The notes beneath the pieces were generated by a model. It searched no databases. It saw only the letters and a list, made by a program, of their open reading frames with translations, and was not told the DNA's origin. Below are positions 22,992 through 37,200 of a DNA stretch of 64,000 nucleotides, one piece after another. Position 1 is the stretch's first letter, and every line of letters starts with the position of its first letter. The DNA is taken from the NCBI GenBank assembly GCA_027923505.1, contig BROI01000018.1, positions 248,001 through 312,000 of the forward strand, read 5' to 3'. A program made the translations under genes and the position numbers. The DNA comes from Mayamaea pseudoterrestris (Eukaryota).

Positions 22992-25900
22992 ATGATCCGA
23001 TTCGCTGGATCCAATGGTGCAATGCTGAGGAAACGATGTAGACCATCACCGTCGATCACAGCAATTACTGCTCCAGTGCCTGTCACGCAGTCGATGCGAT
23101 TGCAAAGCAGCAACTCCTCGGCACGCGAACAGGCAGATGCAAGACATGGTGTTTCTTCAACGAACACGTCAAGATTATCGGCAGCTACCAATGCTCCGCT
23201 GTCAGAGAAGGACAAGATTTTGTCGAGCACGGAAATTATGCGCAAGTTCTTTTCCAATCGACCCGCAGTTTCAACCAACGCAAAAGGCAATCTCAAGGTG
23301 TCTCCTCCGTCGGCCGGACTTTCCAAGCTTGTTGCGTCACAAAATATATGGCAACGGAATTCAAATGGGGCAATCAGCAGCGATAAAGGAGGAAATCAAT
23401 CGAAAAAGCCTCCAATGAGCATTACAAATATGCAAAGGAAACCCGATGGTCTACGACTCAACCGCAACAATAACAACAAGCGACAATCTTCACCTCGACG
23501 AGACTCAAGTGCATCGTTACTTTCAACCGCAGCAGCCTACCGCAAGGGATTGGATTTGCCCGACTTTTTACAGAATATACAGCAGAAGCCAGTCGAAACG
23601 AATTCTAAGTCCACAATGTCGACGCATTGGAACAGCAGTAAATCCGCTACAACATCAATCACTGCCTCGACCACTGCTCTACCATCAAGGCTGGAGGAAG
23701 ATACTGGATCCTCTCCGGTATCGGATTTTATTCGCAAGATGCAGCTCGGTGCACCAGCAAGCAATATATCGATGGATCATCGCAGATCTTCAATTTTGCC
23801 TCCAAGTAACAATGATTCTCTAGCGACAGCGAATCCTACAGCAGGTGTGCCAGAGCTTCGAAGTTTACCACTCCCTCCATTGCCGACGGATCGCAATGAC
23901 AGCAGCACCACACTTTCACTGACGGACTTTATTCGCAAAATGCAGGAGGACCATGAGAAGAAGCAAAAGGAAATGAAAGACAGGCAACCGCCACTCTCTG
24001 CGATGCAACGTCAAGCAGTTAACAATAATTTCAACAATGCAGAGCCACTGCCAAAGTGGAGAATGTTTCGCGATTCCAACGTGAGTCTACGCGACTTGCG
24101 CAAGCAGGAGCGAGGACACCGGCAACGACCCGTACCAAACTTTGGTCAGCAGGAACAGGAACGATATGTTAGACCCGTCTACGTTAATCCCAAGAAGCAA
24201 CCTGTTACCATTCCATCCTATCCTGTGTCATTGGCGGAAGCCTCGCTGCTATTTCGGGAAAAGACTAGAGTACTCTTACGCAAACTCAAGCAACTGGGAG
24301 AAACCACGACTGCCAGCAAGAGCATGATGATTGAGCCAGAAACCATGGAACTCATGGCGTTGCAGCTAAAGCGGAAAGTAGAATTGGCGGAAGCCAAGGC
24401 TGACATGAATGATGATGCGATTTTGGTGCAGCGCCGCATGGAGCAGGAGGCGGCGGCGGAGAATGGATACGACGCCTTGCCTCCGCGCGCGCCTGTAGTA
24501 ACAATCATGGGGCATGTGGATCACGGGAAGACGACGCTCATGGACAATTTGCGGAGGAGGTCATTGTTGGCCAATGCTGCCAATGGTGGGACCGAGGTTA
24601 AAAAGAAGAGCAAAAAGGCAAAGACTGGCAAAGCTGTGAATGGGTCATCAGATGTGGCTGGAACAGAGGCCGGAGGTATTACTCAAGTTATCTCGGCCTT
24701 TCAGGTTCCATTGGATGGCATGGATCAAGCAGTCACATTCCTCGATACACCCGGGCATGCTGCGTTTAAAGCAATGCGGCAGTCGGGGTCAGATGCCGCG
24801 GACATTATCGTTTTGGTAGTTGCAGCCGACGATGGAGTTTCTAAGCAAACTATTGAGATATTGGACTTTTACAAGTCGATCGTGAAGGAGGCTGGCGAAA
24901 ACGGCATATCTTTGGTTGTTGCCATGAACAAGATTGACAAGCCAGGCATTGATGTGGATGAGTCGCGTCGAAAAATCGAAACGCAGCTGCAGGAGCAAGG
25001 CATACAGGTTGAGGGAATCCCGTCACAGTATGGGACAGAATCCGGTCTGCCGGTGGAGATTTATCCAGTGTCTGGTTTGACTGGCGAGGGCCTTGATGAT
25101 TTTATTGAAGGTCTTGCCTTGCAAGCGGAGGTGATGGATCTACGAGCTGATGACAGTACGCGAGCCGAAGGGCTAGTCATGGACGCGCGTGTCGACAAGG
25201 GTGTCGGCATTGTAGTTGATACAATTGTACGCTGGGGTTCGATTCGTAAGGGCGACGTGGTTGTGAGTGGCACGGCTATGGGAAAAGTTCGCTTGTTAAA
25301 GGACATGAGTGGCCAAGCAGTGAAGCAAGGTCTCCCCTCGCAACCAGTTCGAATTATTGGTTTCGACGCGGTGCCGAAAGCTGGAGACCCTGTCATGTGC
25401 GTCGAATCAGAAGAAGCAGCTCATGAACTTGTCGAACGTCGAAAGGCAATAGAAATCAAGAACGATCGGGCCCATGCTGTTGAAGCCACGGAGGCGGAAT
25501 TACAGAGTTCTGGAAAGCATTTGTTACATCACGAGTGGCGAGAGATGCTGGAAACTAAACATGGCATCGAATCAGAATCAGCGACAGTGATCCGCGTTCC
25601 AGTGATCATCAAGGCTGACGCAGATGGCACCCTTGCCGCCGTCCGCGAAGCGTTAATGGCGGTCGGTGAAGAATCGACGCATAACCTCATTGTCGACCCT
25701 GTGCGAGTCGGTGTTGGTCCAGTTCTGGCGAGTGACATACAATTGGCCAAAGAAGGTGGAGCGACTATTTTTGCTTTTAATTTAAAGCATGAGCAGACTA
25801 TTGCCAGCATGGCGGACGAGGAAAAGGTCAAGTTGGTGACGAGCAAAGTTATATACTCGTTGCTGGAGGACGCCAAGGTTGAATATGCCAACTATCTTCC

Positions 25901-26252
25901 TGCCATTCCTGTCGAAGTTGTTCACGGCCGCGGCAAGGTACAGGCTGTATTTGAGATCGGAGGCATTAGCGACAAAGTTGCTGGTCTTCGCGTAATAGAG
26001 GGAACGTTGTTTCGGGACAAGGCAACGCGCCCTGGCGGACCGAAGCTCAAGTCGGAATATCGCATCCTCCGAAATGGCAAAGTACTTTCTGACGCTACCT
26101 ACACAGTATCAAGCCTCAAGTACTTTAAGGAAGATGTCAATGAAGTGGCGCGAGGCAAGGAGTGCGGTTTATCGCTAGCTGGATACAGCCTTTTCGAGGA
26201 GGGTGACGAAATCGAGTGCTTTTCCATTGAGATGAAAAGGGAGTTTGTTTAG
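22992..26252 (+). CDS. MTIF2: Translation initiation factor IF-2, bacterial type (probably mitochondrial)
   Basis: [31 protein letters not shown] and C-terminal GKECG. Long low-complexity N-terminus with an Arg/Ser-rich presequence-like start. Confidence 0.95.
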   Translation: MIRFAGSNGAMLRKRCRPSPSITAITAPVPVTQSMRLQSSNSSAREQADARHGVSSTNTSRLSAATNAPLSEKDKILSSTEIMRKFFSNRPAVSTNAKGNLKVSPPSAGLSKLVASQNIWQRNSNGAISSDKGGNQSKKPPMSITNMQRKPDGLRLNRNNNNKRQSSPRRDSSASLLSTAAAYRKGLDLPDFLQNIQQKPVETNSKSTMSTHWNSSKSATTSITASTTALPSRLEEDTGSSPVSDFIRKMQLGAPASNISMDHRRSSILPPSNNDSLATANPTAGVPELRSLPLPPLPTDRNDSSTTLSLTDFIRKMQEDHEKKQKEMKDRQPPLSAMQRQAVNNNFNNAEPLPKWRMFRDSNVSLRDLRKQERGHRQRPVPNFGQQEQERYVRPVYVNPKKQPVTIPSYPVSLAEASLLFREKTRVLLRKLKQLGETTTASKSMMIEPETMELMALQLKRKVELAEAKADMNDDAILVQRRMEQEAAAENGYDALPPRAPVVTIMGHVDHGKTTLMDNLRRRSLLANAANGGTEVKKKSKKAKTGKAVNGSSDVAGTEAGGITQVISAFQVPLDGMDQAVTFLDTPGHAAFKAMRQSGSDAADIIVLVVAADDGVSKQTIEILDFYKSIVKEAGENGISLVVAMNKIDKPGIDVDESRRKIETQLQEQGIQVEGIPSQYGTESGLPVEIYPVSGLTGEGLDDFIEGLALQAEVMDLRADDSTRAEGLVMDARVDKGVGIVVDTIVRWGSIRKGDVVVSGTAMGKVRLLKDMSGQAVKQGLPSQPVRIIGFDAVPKAGDPVMCVESEEAAHELVERRKAIEIKNDRAHAVEATEAELQSSGKHLLHHEWREMLETKHGIESESATVIRVPVIIKADADGTLAAVREALMAVGEESTHNLIVDPVRVGVGPVLASDIQLAKEGGATIFAFNLKHEQTIASMADEEKVKLVTSKVIYSLLEDAKVEYANYLPAIPVEVVHGRGKVQAVFEIGGISDKVAGLRVIEGTLFRDKATRPGGPKLKSEYRILRNGKVLSDATYTVSSLKYFKEDVNEVARGKECGLSLAGYSLFEEGDEIECFSIEMKREFV

Positions 26253-26318
26253 GATATAATGTTAGCATAGTAAGATAGACATATTAGACTATAACTTTCT
26301 ATAATAGCGTACACAAGC

Positions 26319-27540
26319 TCACGCTTTCTCGGGCGGCAATGTCAATATCTCAACGCCGTTGTCAGTGATCAAGACGGTGTGCTCAAATTGCGCCGCCAAT
26401 CCATTGTCACTGGTCGAAACTGTCCAGTCATCGTCCCATTCAAAGCAATCAGCCAATCCCTGTGTCAGCATTGGTTCAATCGTAAAGATCATGCCGGGTT
26501 GTAGCTTGCAAACGTCGCGATTTCGGTAGTGCTTGACAAATGGTGCACAATGAAACTCCTCGCTTATCCCATGACCTCTATATTTGTAGACTGAGCTGTA
26601 GCCTTGCGCATCAGCTATATCCTGAATCGCAGCACCAATATCTGACAAGCAACCACCCGGCCGACAGGTTTCAATGGCAGCGTACAAACTTTGGCGCGTC
26701 GTTTGCACCAACCGTCGCGCCTCGTCAAAGTGCAACTGATCCTCCGCGGCGTCAAAGTGAGCTCGGTACGGGACGCCTCTCCAGTCTGCACCGATCGTGT
26801 TTTCGGCTTGTACATCGCCAACAATGACAGTGGCGCAGTTGTCTCCGTGAACGCCGTTCAAGTAGCAACTGTAATGATTCGTGTGTGTGGAACGAGTGAG
26901 TGACGAATGTCGGGTGATTGCGCCTCGCGCTTCACCGCTTGACTTTCAAGTTTTTTGGCTGGCGAGCAACCTCGTTTGCTCAGTTCGATTTTCCGATAAC
27001 ATACCTGACATCAAAACTAACGACATCGCCCACTTGTAAAACTCTTGTATCGGGAATTCCGTGACAAATGACTTCGTTGATGGACGAACAAAGCGACTTT
27101 GGAAATCCTGCATAGTTCAACGGCGACGGGTACGCTCCCCTTTCTATAATGAAATCATGAACAGCTTGATCAATGTCATCCGTTGTCACATTCGCAACAG
27201 CCGCATCATTCGCCATGGAGCATGCCAAGTCCAAGGCGACTCGAGCAAGCTGCGCGGCACTCCGCATGCGCTGCATGGACGCAGCGTCGTGAATCTTGAT
27301 CTTGTCGTGCGTTGGACTCATATGAACAATTCCAGTCTTTGCATATGGAGGATATGCAATGGAAGCTGGTACCTTGCGACGCGGCGTTTGAGGGAAGGGT
27401 TTCATGCGTTCTCGTTGCACCAAAGGAGTTGCTGCTGTTGACGGTGCAGAAATTGTTGATGCCGCTTTGGAGCTCCGGGAGCGATCAATATGTCGACCGG
27501 CAGTGCATGCTGCTCGTCTCAGCGCCATTATATGTTGCAT
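26319..27540 (-). CDS. METAP1D: Methionine aminopeptidase type 1 (organellar, MAP1D-like), 2 exons, intron 26869-27004
   Basis: YPSPLNYAGFPKSLCSSINEVICHGIPD; GHGI; FTIEPM; AQFEHT. Splicing of the GTATGT...TTACAG intron restores DVSCYLNGVHGD. Confidence 0.95.
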
Positions 27541-27800
27541 ACTCTTTTGTGCAAGATTTGTGGTAATTATTTAGTTGTCACAAGGCAATCAGAATGATTT
27601 TGATGAGAGTGTCTGGTGTCTGCCATGGCCGAGTTGTGAGGTGAGTCGGCCGAGTTTCGATGCGACATCACCTACCGGGGTGGATGGACCGTTAGCTTTC
27701 CTTTCACTGTCAGTTCAGTTACATGCATACTGGTAGTCCACATCAAGAAATAACGAAAGAACAAATTTAACAGAAAACTAAGTCACCTCAAACATTATTT

Positions 27801-29503
27801 TTACAGCAGTAACGTCATTGGATTCTCCACGTGTGACTTGAACGCCGCAAGCCACTGCGCACCCACAGCTCCATCAACGACGCGGTGGTCACAGCTTAGC
27901 GTCGCCGTGAACAATACACTTTCCCTGTATAGCTCATCGGCTTGTTCGCTGGGAACAATGCGATTCTCCAAGGCGCCAATCGCCAAGGCGCAGGACTGCG
28001 GTTCGCGAATAATGGGAGCGCAAGACTTGATTCCGTACATGCCAAGGTTCATGAATGTAAAGGTACCAACGGGTCCATGTAGCTCGGGAGGAACTTGGCC
28101 ACTCGCTTGACCATCAGAGGCAACTGCTGCAGCGGCAGCCACTGCAGTCGCCACTTGCTGCGAAATTTGCGCGAGTCCCTTGGTGGCAACGTTGGTAATC
28201 ACCGGCGTATACAGGCAATCCCCTCCGCTACCAATCACAATGTTCATGTCAACTTCATCATAGACGCGCACAATACTTTCCAGCCAACTGGCATTGACTG
28301 ACGGAACCGTCCTCATGGACAACGCGGCGGCCTTGATCAAAAAGTCATTGACGCTAATTGACAAAGTTTCGTCCTTCGATTCATTCAACTGCGATCGCAT
28401 GGCAAGTAGCTTGTCGCATGAAATGTCCACCGTCAAGTAGTAGTGCGGAACATTGCGCTTGGACTGAAGCAAACGAGCAGCCAACTCTCTCGCTTGGTCT
28501 GACAATGGATAGTCCGTGTAGCCCGAGCCAGAAACGGGGGCAGAAGGTGGTGATGCAGCCGCCATGGCTGCTTGGGCAGGCGCTGGAGTTGCATCAGGTG
28601 CAGTGCTCGTAGATGCAGCAGCTCCTGCTGCGGATGGAGTGTATTCCTTGACGTCAGCGGCAAGGATGCGTCCGTCGGGTCCAGTTCCAGAAATGGCAGC
28701 AAGGTCGTACTTCAGCTCCTTGGCTAGCTTGTGCGCCAGTGGAGAAGCAATGACGCGGCCGTGACTGTTTAAAGTCGGTGCAGAAGCGGATGATGATTGT
28801 GTATCGGGTGCGGCTGCAGCAGGAGATGGAGCAGCTGCTGGTGCATCGGCGGCGGCAGCTGGCGGTGCAGGAGTGACGGCTGAAGTAGACGCTGCATCAC
28901 TCCCTTGAATGACATAATCCTTGAAAGCCCCAATGTCATCAGCATCATCCACAGTGATCATGATTGGCGAGCCGCATTTGATTTCGTCGGGACCGGCTTG
29001 CACCAATATCCTGGCAACGAATCCATCATCCTGCGCCTCAAAGTCCATGGTGGCCTTATCCGTTTCAACGCTGCAAAAGACGTCACCGGCAATAAAAGAT
29101 GCTCCTTCCTCCATGTTCCATGCGCTAATGGAACCGGCTTCCATTGTCTGTTGAAGAGTAAGAATGGAGGGACAAAGAAAGTCGGTGTGAGAAGGACCGG
29201 CAGGCTTGTCGTGCTGAAAGACAACATGAAAAGAGCCGCACGCACGCTCGCCGTGAACTCTCTCGTTGATCAGTCTATCCTCTAAATTGTACTCACCGGA
29301 GATAGGCTTGGTAGACCGACTAGCTGATGCGGTGGATAGCTTGAAAACCATTGTTTAGAGATTCTGCCAGATAGTTCCAGCAAGGACGGCGACCACTGGT
29401 AAGAAGCAGCTGCAGCTGCAGCTGCGGAAGCCACTTGACACCGTTGCTGCAGTCGCCGACTTGCTATCGAAATTCCTCTCGACGCGATTTGCATTGTAGA
29501 CAT
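27801..29503 (-). CDS. DLAT: Pyruvate dehydrogenase E2 (dihydrolipoamide acetyltransferase)-family protein, mitochondrial, intron 29148-29296
   Basis: Spliced PSLSP|TMEAG; lipoyl domain VETDKA; subunit-binding domain ASPLA...GTGPDGRI; catalytic DHRVVDGA. Intron is GTGAGT...CAG. Confidence 0.93.
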
Positions 29504-29702
29504 GTTCTATAGAAGAGGTGCTCTTATACAAGCCAATGATGGCGAGTAACAATGAAGGAGCGAGGGAGAAAGTGAACGAAGGCAAAGCAGATGTGCGATC
29601 CGGCGGTGGCGCAGATCGTCGTGTCGCATCGTTACACGTTAGTACCGATGCGATTTTTATTGCAATGCATGACGATGGCCGCATTTTCACAGCCTTGAGC
29701 TC

Positions 29703-31163
29703 ATGCATGCACAACCACATTCTTCGCTCATGTTTTCGCCACCAACAATGGAACGCATAAGGAATATCTGCGCACAAACAAATGTCAAGCTGCGACAATT
29801 TACAAATTCATTCGTGGCGGAGCAGCCGACGGCTCGAGCCGTCGCTTACGCCTCGGCCGTGTTTCTTGGGACGTTTGCATTGCTATACATGCTTGGCGTA
29901 TCTTTATTTGTAGCTTTGAAATGGGAATCAACAATGCAGCAGCAGCATGAAACATTTTTACTTCCGACGCATTTACCATTGGAACAAGCCAGTCTCGTTC
30001 GACTGCTGGAAAGCGACGCGGATGCAACGCACCGACAACTGGACGGACGGCTACAGCAACTGCAGGAGCTTCTCCGGCAGCATAACGACGTTTATCAGGA
30101 GTCTCAAAATCATATAGCAAGCCTCCAATCAAAGATTGAGCAAGCATCGGATCCGTTGGATATACCAAAAGTCATGAGCCGCGCCAGTGCCGGTGACTTG
30201 ACGCAGCGCACGCCACACTTGCTCATGTTGCTGCAGTCGCTTCCCGACAAGTTAGAAAAGACATATCCAACACTGGCAGATCTCGAAAACGGACTGGAGC
30301 TTGCTAAGCACGATATTTACGAATTGATGGAGGACGACACGACGCCATGGGACAAGGTGACGGACTGGTTGCAGAATCCGTATTGGCGATCGCTAAAGTG
30401 GAACAACTTTGAAGGATCTCGCTACTGCTCGGCGTCGTCAGCGACTGGAAACATAGATATAGTAATGAGCCCGGAGGATCAAGCTTTTGTCAAGGAGCTT
30501 GTGCAAGAAGTTCGATACTTTTTGGAGCAGCGAGACAAGGATCCAGATGACAATGGCTGGAAGGCGACGCTGGATCAGACGATTGATTTACTCGACGATA
30601 CCTATAAGAAAAATGTTGCAATTGCTTCCAGCCGACTCAAGTACCTTGGCAGCAAATACAAGAGAAGTTTAAAGAAAAAGAGTTCGTTAACAATTGAAAG
30701 TGTGGTCACGACGGACACGTGTCCAGTCACTAACGAAACAATCGTTGCCATGGTCGAAGCGGGGCTAGATGCGCTCTATCGCAAACAGGATATTCGTCGA
30801 GCGGTGGGAGTGATGGCAAGCACTAGTGCTCAGCAGCACAATGAGAGCTCTTTAATTTTGGGTGCAGTCTTGGATGAGCCTTGGAAGCCGCCGCGAGCTC
30901 TCTACTCGGAATCCGTCAATTTGCGGCGCGTGATTGACAAGCCCATATTAAAGTTGGCTGCAAAGTGGATTGACAATGGTTTGGATCTTGTGGGTGGGCA
31001 CAGTGACTTTATCGACAGCAAAGTCGATTCCTTTACTGGTGGGCGAGATGAGTTTGGATCGATTTGTATAGAGTACTTGCTACGGCAGTCAGGCAAGGTT
31101 GACATGCCGGTGCCGCTCAAACTTCAAACCAAGAAAATGGCAGAGCAAACTACACGACTTTAA
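29703..31163 (+). CDS. Hypothetical protein with N-terminal transmembrane helix and coiled coil
   Basis: 486-aa ORF. Hydrophobic segment AVAYASAVFLGTFALLYMLGVSLFVAL is followed by a Q/L-rich heptad region. Start codon uncertain. Confidence 0.75.
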   Translation: MHAQPHSSLMFSPPTMERIRNICAQTNVKLRQFTNSFVAEQPTARAVAYASAVFLGTFALLYMLGVSLFVALKWESTMQQQHETFLLPTHLPLEQASLVRLLESDADATHRQLDGRLQQLQELLRQHNDVYQESQNHIASLQSKIEQASDPLDIPKVMSRASAGDLTQRTPHLLMLLQSLPDKLEKTYPTLADLENGLELAKHDIYELMEDDTTPWDKVTDWLQNPYWRSLKWNNFEGSRYCSASSATGNIDIVMSPEDQAFVKELVQEVRYFLEQRDKDPDDNGWKATLDQTIDLLDDTYKKNVAIASSRLKYLGSKYKRSLKKKSSLTIESVVTTDTCPVTNETIVAMVEAGLDALYRKQDIRRAVGVMASTSAQQHNESSLILGAVLDEPWKPPRALYSESVNLRRVIDKPILKLAAKWIDNGLDLVGGHSDFIDSKVDSFTGGRDEFGSICIEYLLRQSGKVDMPVPLKLQTKKMAEQTTRL

Positions 31164-31235
31164 TAGGAAATGATAAGCCACTAAGTAAGCATCGAATGGG
31201 GAATAATGTATTTAATAACCATGCGTCAACAGCTA

Positions 31236-34200
31236 CTACTTTGTGAACCCTACCAAATTCAACTTTTTAACCGGTGCCCGGTCGGCAGCGGCGTAGCCGC
31301 CTAGCTCCGCTCGCACTGAGAACTCTAAAAGCTGTCTTTCCATATCGTCCAGACCAGCCACTGTTACTTTAAACGGACCGGGAGATGTTCTCGCAATGCT
31401 GGTGATTGCCTGCGCGCACATTCGCCCCAATGCAAAATTTGCGCTTGGGTTTGAAGCGGGATGGTTCGGCAGTCCGTTGTATCGGATCACGGGAAGGAAG
31501 CAGTCGAAAACTATTGTGAGAAACTCAGCAACTTCTTCCGCTGTTCCGTGCGCCAGAATCTGCTGATAGCCGACCAGTAATATCTTTGCAGCCTCGGTAC
31601 ACGCAGACTGACGCTCTGGGCTTTCAATTGGCATGACGAGCGTTCCATATGCTAATAAAATATGAACAATAGGCGCTCCGATGTGACTGAATATGCGATC
31701 CGTGAGTGGGCTAGCGCCAGACGCAATGATGATTTCTCGGAGTTTAGCAAGCAGGCGCAGCTGCGACGACGGCTTGTCGAAGTTGAGCAGCGATTGACTA
31801 ATGTAATCAAAGCTATCGGTTGCATATTTGCCTTCGTCGATGGATAGGATAACTTTCCAAGCTTCCCAGTTACCTTCTTTTGCCGTTTCTACAGCGACGC
31901 GTGATTTTTCGACTCCAGATATTGCATCGTGTTCCATGCAATGCTTCATTAATAAAGCTGCACCAGTTTTGACTCTGGCGGGCAAACCAAACTCGCAATC
32001 GATATGTAGAACAAGTCGTAGTAACGCTCGAACAAAAGAATGATGAAGTTGGCGTTGCGTAACTAAAAGCACCGCTGCATCGAGACAGGTTAAAATGATC
32101 AATTCGTTTTGACGTTCTGCGAAGTCAAGCTGTCCTTGTTGCAAAATATTTAGTGGCTGCAGAAGCGCCGCCAGCAGCGCGGAGTCCTTTCGGACTTTAT
32201 CACTCTCAGATTGGATCATCTGCAGCAAAAAATCACAAATTGTGGGTATAAGGCGCAGCATTTCACACGTAAGGCTTTCGGGGCAGTCATTTTTGATCGA
32301 CGGCATTATGAAAATCGACCATAGTCGCCCCAAGATCATCTCAATCTCTTTTGTCCAGGAAGTATCGAAGGAGTGTTTCGGGCATCTTTCCACCAGTGAC
32401 CCAAGTCCTCGAAGACAAGTAATACCGACTAGCGTGGTATCGACTCCCACAGCGTTTAAACTAGGCGACGAGACCCTGTCGGTAAGATCTATATAACAGT
32501 CGCATATGTCATGAACGCCTGACAGGAGAAGCGGTGCGATGCGTTTGACCCAAACCGAGCACGCTTGTTGCCTCTCATCTTCCTTTAAATTCGAATCTAA
32601 ATGCGGTAACAATGCATACGACCCGCAACATGCCCACCTATTTGCGATCAAATTTTTCAAAGGCTGATCGACGCCATCGATACTTGCGAAGCGCGAGTTG
32701 ACATTGCCGTCAAACTGTCGTCGAGCGTCGTGTGGTGAAAGCTGCTTTCCCGCTAGGGACAAGTTATCAGCGAGCAATAGATGGGCACCCTCAACACAGA
32801 TTGCCGCACAGTTCGCCGCGAGGATCACAGGTTCATTGACCAATTCATCCAACACAGATAACACCATAGGTCGAATCTCCGTACTCGATAAGGAATATAT
32901 TGAGGCGAAACAAATTATCTTGTTTAGTTCAACAAACACGGTCAATGGTGCATCAATATCTTCAAAATCGCGTTGCTGAGTATACGCGCGTTGCCATTCG
33001 AAAACAGAAAAAGATTTCCCGCTAGGAATGACTAAACGAAGCAATTTTAAAGCAACAGCTCGGTCTGTAATTAAACCAATCTTGAAAACGCTTTCTAAAG
33101 CTTGACAGCCAGCCCTAAAGAGCAACTCAGAATCGTTTGAATTTGATTCTTCCGCCGGCGTTAGTGCGTGACGTAAGGCTGATATGATTTGCGGCAGGTA
33201 TTGCTCCAAAATAGTTGATTTGTCGGTGTCAGGGTCGCCAATTGGACCAAAAAACTCAACAAGCTTTGATAAGCAGATGATAGCCGAGCTTTGTAAAGCC
33301 TTCAACTCTGACTGATCTACGGCAGCTGATGCTGCCAGACATGTTGCTGAAAGCAGATCATCCAAATGATATACCAATTTTGAACTGGATTCTCCTTGCG
33401 TACAATTTTTTAAAGCTTCGTCCGCAAGATTAGGTTCGAAATTTGAATCGGCGTTAATGTTGTCATGTATGGACAAAGCACCTTTCCCTACTGCTTCAAG
33501 TGCGAAAGTCAGCAATCGCATAGCTATCGCTTTCACCTGCCACCTGGGAGTTCCACAGATGGACAAAACCTTTAAAGCGTCAGCCTTACCCCTCGAATTT
33601 GCGACCATGACAACCGCCGCTCGAGAAATCGTACTTATAGGCGCCGCATCTTCTTCTTCTGGTAATGTGACACCGACAAGCACAAAACGACAAAACAGAA
33701 TCCATCGAAGAAATGCGTCGGTCTTGACCTTGTATCGACAATCAAACTTGACCATGTCCCCGAGCGCGTCAACGACCTCGCATTCCAGAGCAACGGCTTC
33801 GGATAATCGCAATTCAACCTGCCGTCGAGTGGCTAGTGATCGGAGTAACGGATAGCCAACAAAGTGCCGTACTGTGCATACTTTCTCGTGCAAGGCCATC
33901 AAGTGACACGTGCCATCCATGTCCGTCACTTGAGAAACGCTTATTTTCGAAAGACCTAGCCTCTGCATCACTTGCACGGACGCTCGAACACTTCTGACTG
34001 ATGAAAGATATTCGTTCCCTGCGAACACAGCTTCGCTCACTTTCGCATTCAAAGTGAAAGGTAAACAGGAAAGTAAGGCATTTTCAAAGTAAGGAAGCTT
34101 GGTAGATGGCGGAGAAAGGCAGTCACGGTTCGCCGCCAAAGCTTCAAAAAACGCCAGTCCGTCCAAGGCGACAGCAGGATGCGAGGACAAACTCTCCATG

Positions 34201-37200
34201 ATTAAAGTCGCCATGACAGAGAAGCGATCGGCAAGATCGGCATTTTCATGTTTGAGATTACGTAAATGCGGAGTTATTCGCGTCATGAGTCTTAAAACAC
34301 CGGCAAGAAAGGCAGCTTCATACGCCACTTTCTCGCCTCCGTCGCCTCGTTCAAGTTCGCCTGTCACAGCAGTCCAGCATGACGCAAAATTTCCTTCAAT
34401 CATTTCGATTCCCTTTCGTACCAATTGCAAATGAATCTCATCTAGATGATATTCATCAGCAGCGCCCGAGTACGTCAAAAAAGTGGCGTACGCATGCAGT
34501 GCGTAGGCCCGAACGCCGAAATGATCACAGAATGAGCCATGGTAGGTAGATGATGGAAGTATTCGAGTCATCATCTGGAGTAATGGCAAACTTTCCTCTT
34601 TAGCTAGATCATCCGCTGTGTCAGTACTTCCAGTGCGATCCCTGACGCGATCCTGTCGCAGCTTCGTCACATTGTGCTGTGTGCGTTGTATACAGGAAAG
34701 CGTGAACAGAGATCCTGACCTAGCCGCACTGATCTGTTCCGTTCCTGCCTTGGCCTTCCCATCTAATTTGTGACCTTGCATCACATCATCTATGCTATGA
34801 AGCAGCGCACTTTGTAAAAAATGAGCATCCTCGCTAACCCCTACTGTTACCAACAGCGCCAGCGACTCCGAAGCACCACGAAGTACATTTGTCGAAAGTG
34901 ATGGCATTATCGTAAGCAGCAAAGACTTTGCTTTGTTCATCCATTGAGGTCCAAGTCCAACAGGGTCGTTTTTCGTCGAGTCTTGCAGCGGAATGGCGCG
35001 CAAGCAAGCAAGTAGCACTGTCGCAATGTTTGTCGTCGCGGAACAATCTGCACCATGCTTTAATATCCTTTCCTGTACAATTTGGTCGGTGTTTAGTCCC
35101 ATTAACTGCGCAAGCTGAATGGTTGACGTCGGAACTAATGATTCAAGCATCTCGACGACCTCCTGCTGCTCATGACCACTTTTCAAACCGAACGTTGCCG
35201 CGAAAGCTTGAATGGCGGCATCTACTAACCGAGTTTTTGACGACGCTGAGGGGTCTAGGGGACACCGCCATGAACCTACATCATGAAGCGGGGTTGGTGG
35301 TTTTGATTCTTTGTTTTCACGAGCAAAATTCTCAAGAATAGCACTGCCTGTGCTCGTCCACCCTGTTGGTAGGATAGAGACATCATGTGATGACATCAAA
35401 TGCATGACAGCTTCGCGTTCTCCGTACCCTACGCATTCTGACGTAAGAATGGCGAGTGTTTCTTCAAGCTCATCGGCGCCACCACTCTGGCCAGTTGAGC
35501 TCGCTCGGCATAACGTTTTAGAGGTAAGCAAGGAATCCTCGTTATTGACCAAGGAGTCCAGTATAGATGAGGTAATGTTCCCATCAAATGCAGCTTTGAT
35601 ATTTCTTGCAGCGAGCTTAAAAACCTCATCAGCTGCCATTGGAAAGGACCCAGAAGGCAGCCAGGCAAAAGCTTCTAGCAATGACGCTAACGCACGCTCG
35701 TATCTTCCTGCAACAGCAGGATTCATCGCCATACCACCAAGACGCCCGGTTGGCAAAAGCAGCTGCAAGACATTTTCAAGCAGTACTACTATTGTCGACA
35801 GTGCTTCAGGTATAGTAAGCAATAAGTCGGGACAAAACTTTAGGAACGCGACAAGCGATGCTAGCATTGCATCTACACAGAAGAGATCATGTCGTGGTTG
35901 CAGTCCTGCGTCTTCTCCACTGCTTGTACATGCCTTTTGCCAAGCTTGCATCAAAAATGGAGTATGTGGCGCAATCATCGTTGGACCAGTAGTCAAGGCG
36001 CCAGCGATGATAGTAAAACCAGCTATTGCGCACATGCACAACGCTCCTGGGTTCGACTTTGCAGCCTGGTTGTTGAAGTGCATAGCTACCAAGCTCTCGG
36101 CAACGGTGATCGCACTGCCTACAAAGCTGACAGGAAGGCCACCAGGAAGCCTTGGGAGATCTCGGAGGAGCAGAGAGACCAGTAGGCATCCTCCATGGAT
36201 AGCGTACTGATGCGACAGCGTTGGGTCACCGTGTGCAGATTGATGACTATCTTTGGGCGAACGACGAAACATGCCACGAGCCTGTACTTGCTCTTCCACT
36301 TTTGTTTCCAACGAGGTCAGCTTAGCAACCAATTCGGCGTGTTGTGTTTTTATATGCACAAGCGAAGACTGCATCAAACGACGACCAATATTTGGAAAGC
36401 TCGCAGCAATGGCGGCACACGCAATTGCTGCTTCATGCCGCACCCCGTGCTCGTTATAGGCGAGACATGACGTTAGACGTATAACAAGTTCTTCGCACGA
36501 CGAAGCAGTAGCTTCGCCAAGGGCTGACAGCAGATGAGACATTTCAATGAGCAAGACTTGAATCTGGTGTGCATTTAGTGTTTCCAAATGTTCGAGCCTT
36601 GTAAGGATCGAGTGTAATATCGAAAGCTGGACGGGCTCCGATGCAACTCCAGACAGTCCTCGGCGCAGTACTCGACTCGCTGCTAAACATACCAACATAG
36701 GATCGCCTTTAGAACGACTCTTTGTCCCACCAAACAACTGATTAGCTGAGAATGGAGCGGTCGAAGAAGTCGAATCCGTCGCAAGTGGAGCGTTCAATTC
36801 CTTCTCCATCTCGTTGCCTAGCATATTCAGTGTGAGAGCAATGCACGTGTCGACTGAAACGTTTTGGTCGTCTCTAATATTTCCCAGCATGAATTGTTGC
36901 TTGAACAAACTTATTAAAACCAAGGATAAGCCAACTCGCGGCGCGCGACCTCCCGTTGAGAACGGACCTCCCATACGCTGTGCATTCAACTCGCCACCAA
37001 CCTTGATGAATTGGTCGACCAGATATGAAATGGCTTTAGATAGGTTCAAGCAAATCTCCGTCACGCTCACTTTCTTTGCAACGCCAAACCTTGATGTTGT
37101 AGTTTGCGGACCCGTCGTATCCACCACTCCTGCCTTGGGCTCCTTGCCAGGACTCGCATCGCCATCATCGGTCTCACTGCGCCGACTTCGACCCGCTTGC

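Noticed and set aside
35311..36210. 299-aa antisense ORF within HEATR5, and similar shadow ORFs over other genes
   Set aside because: Antisense shadows of long coding frames with no recognisable domains.
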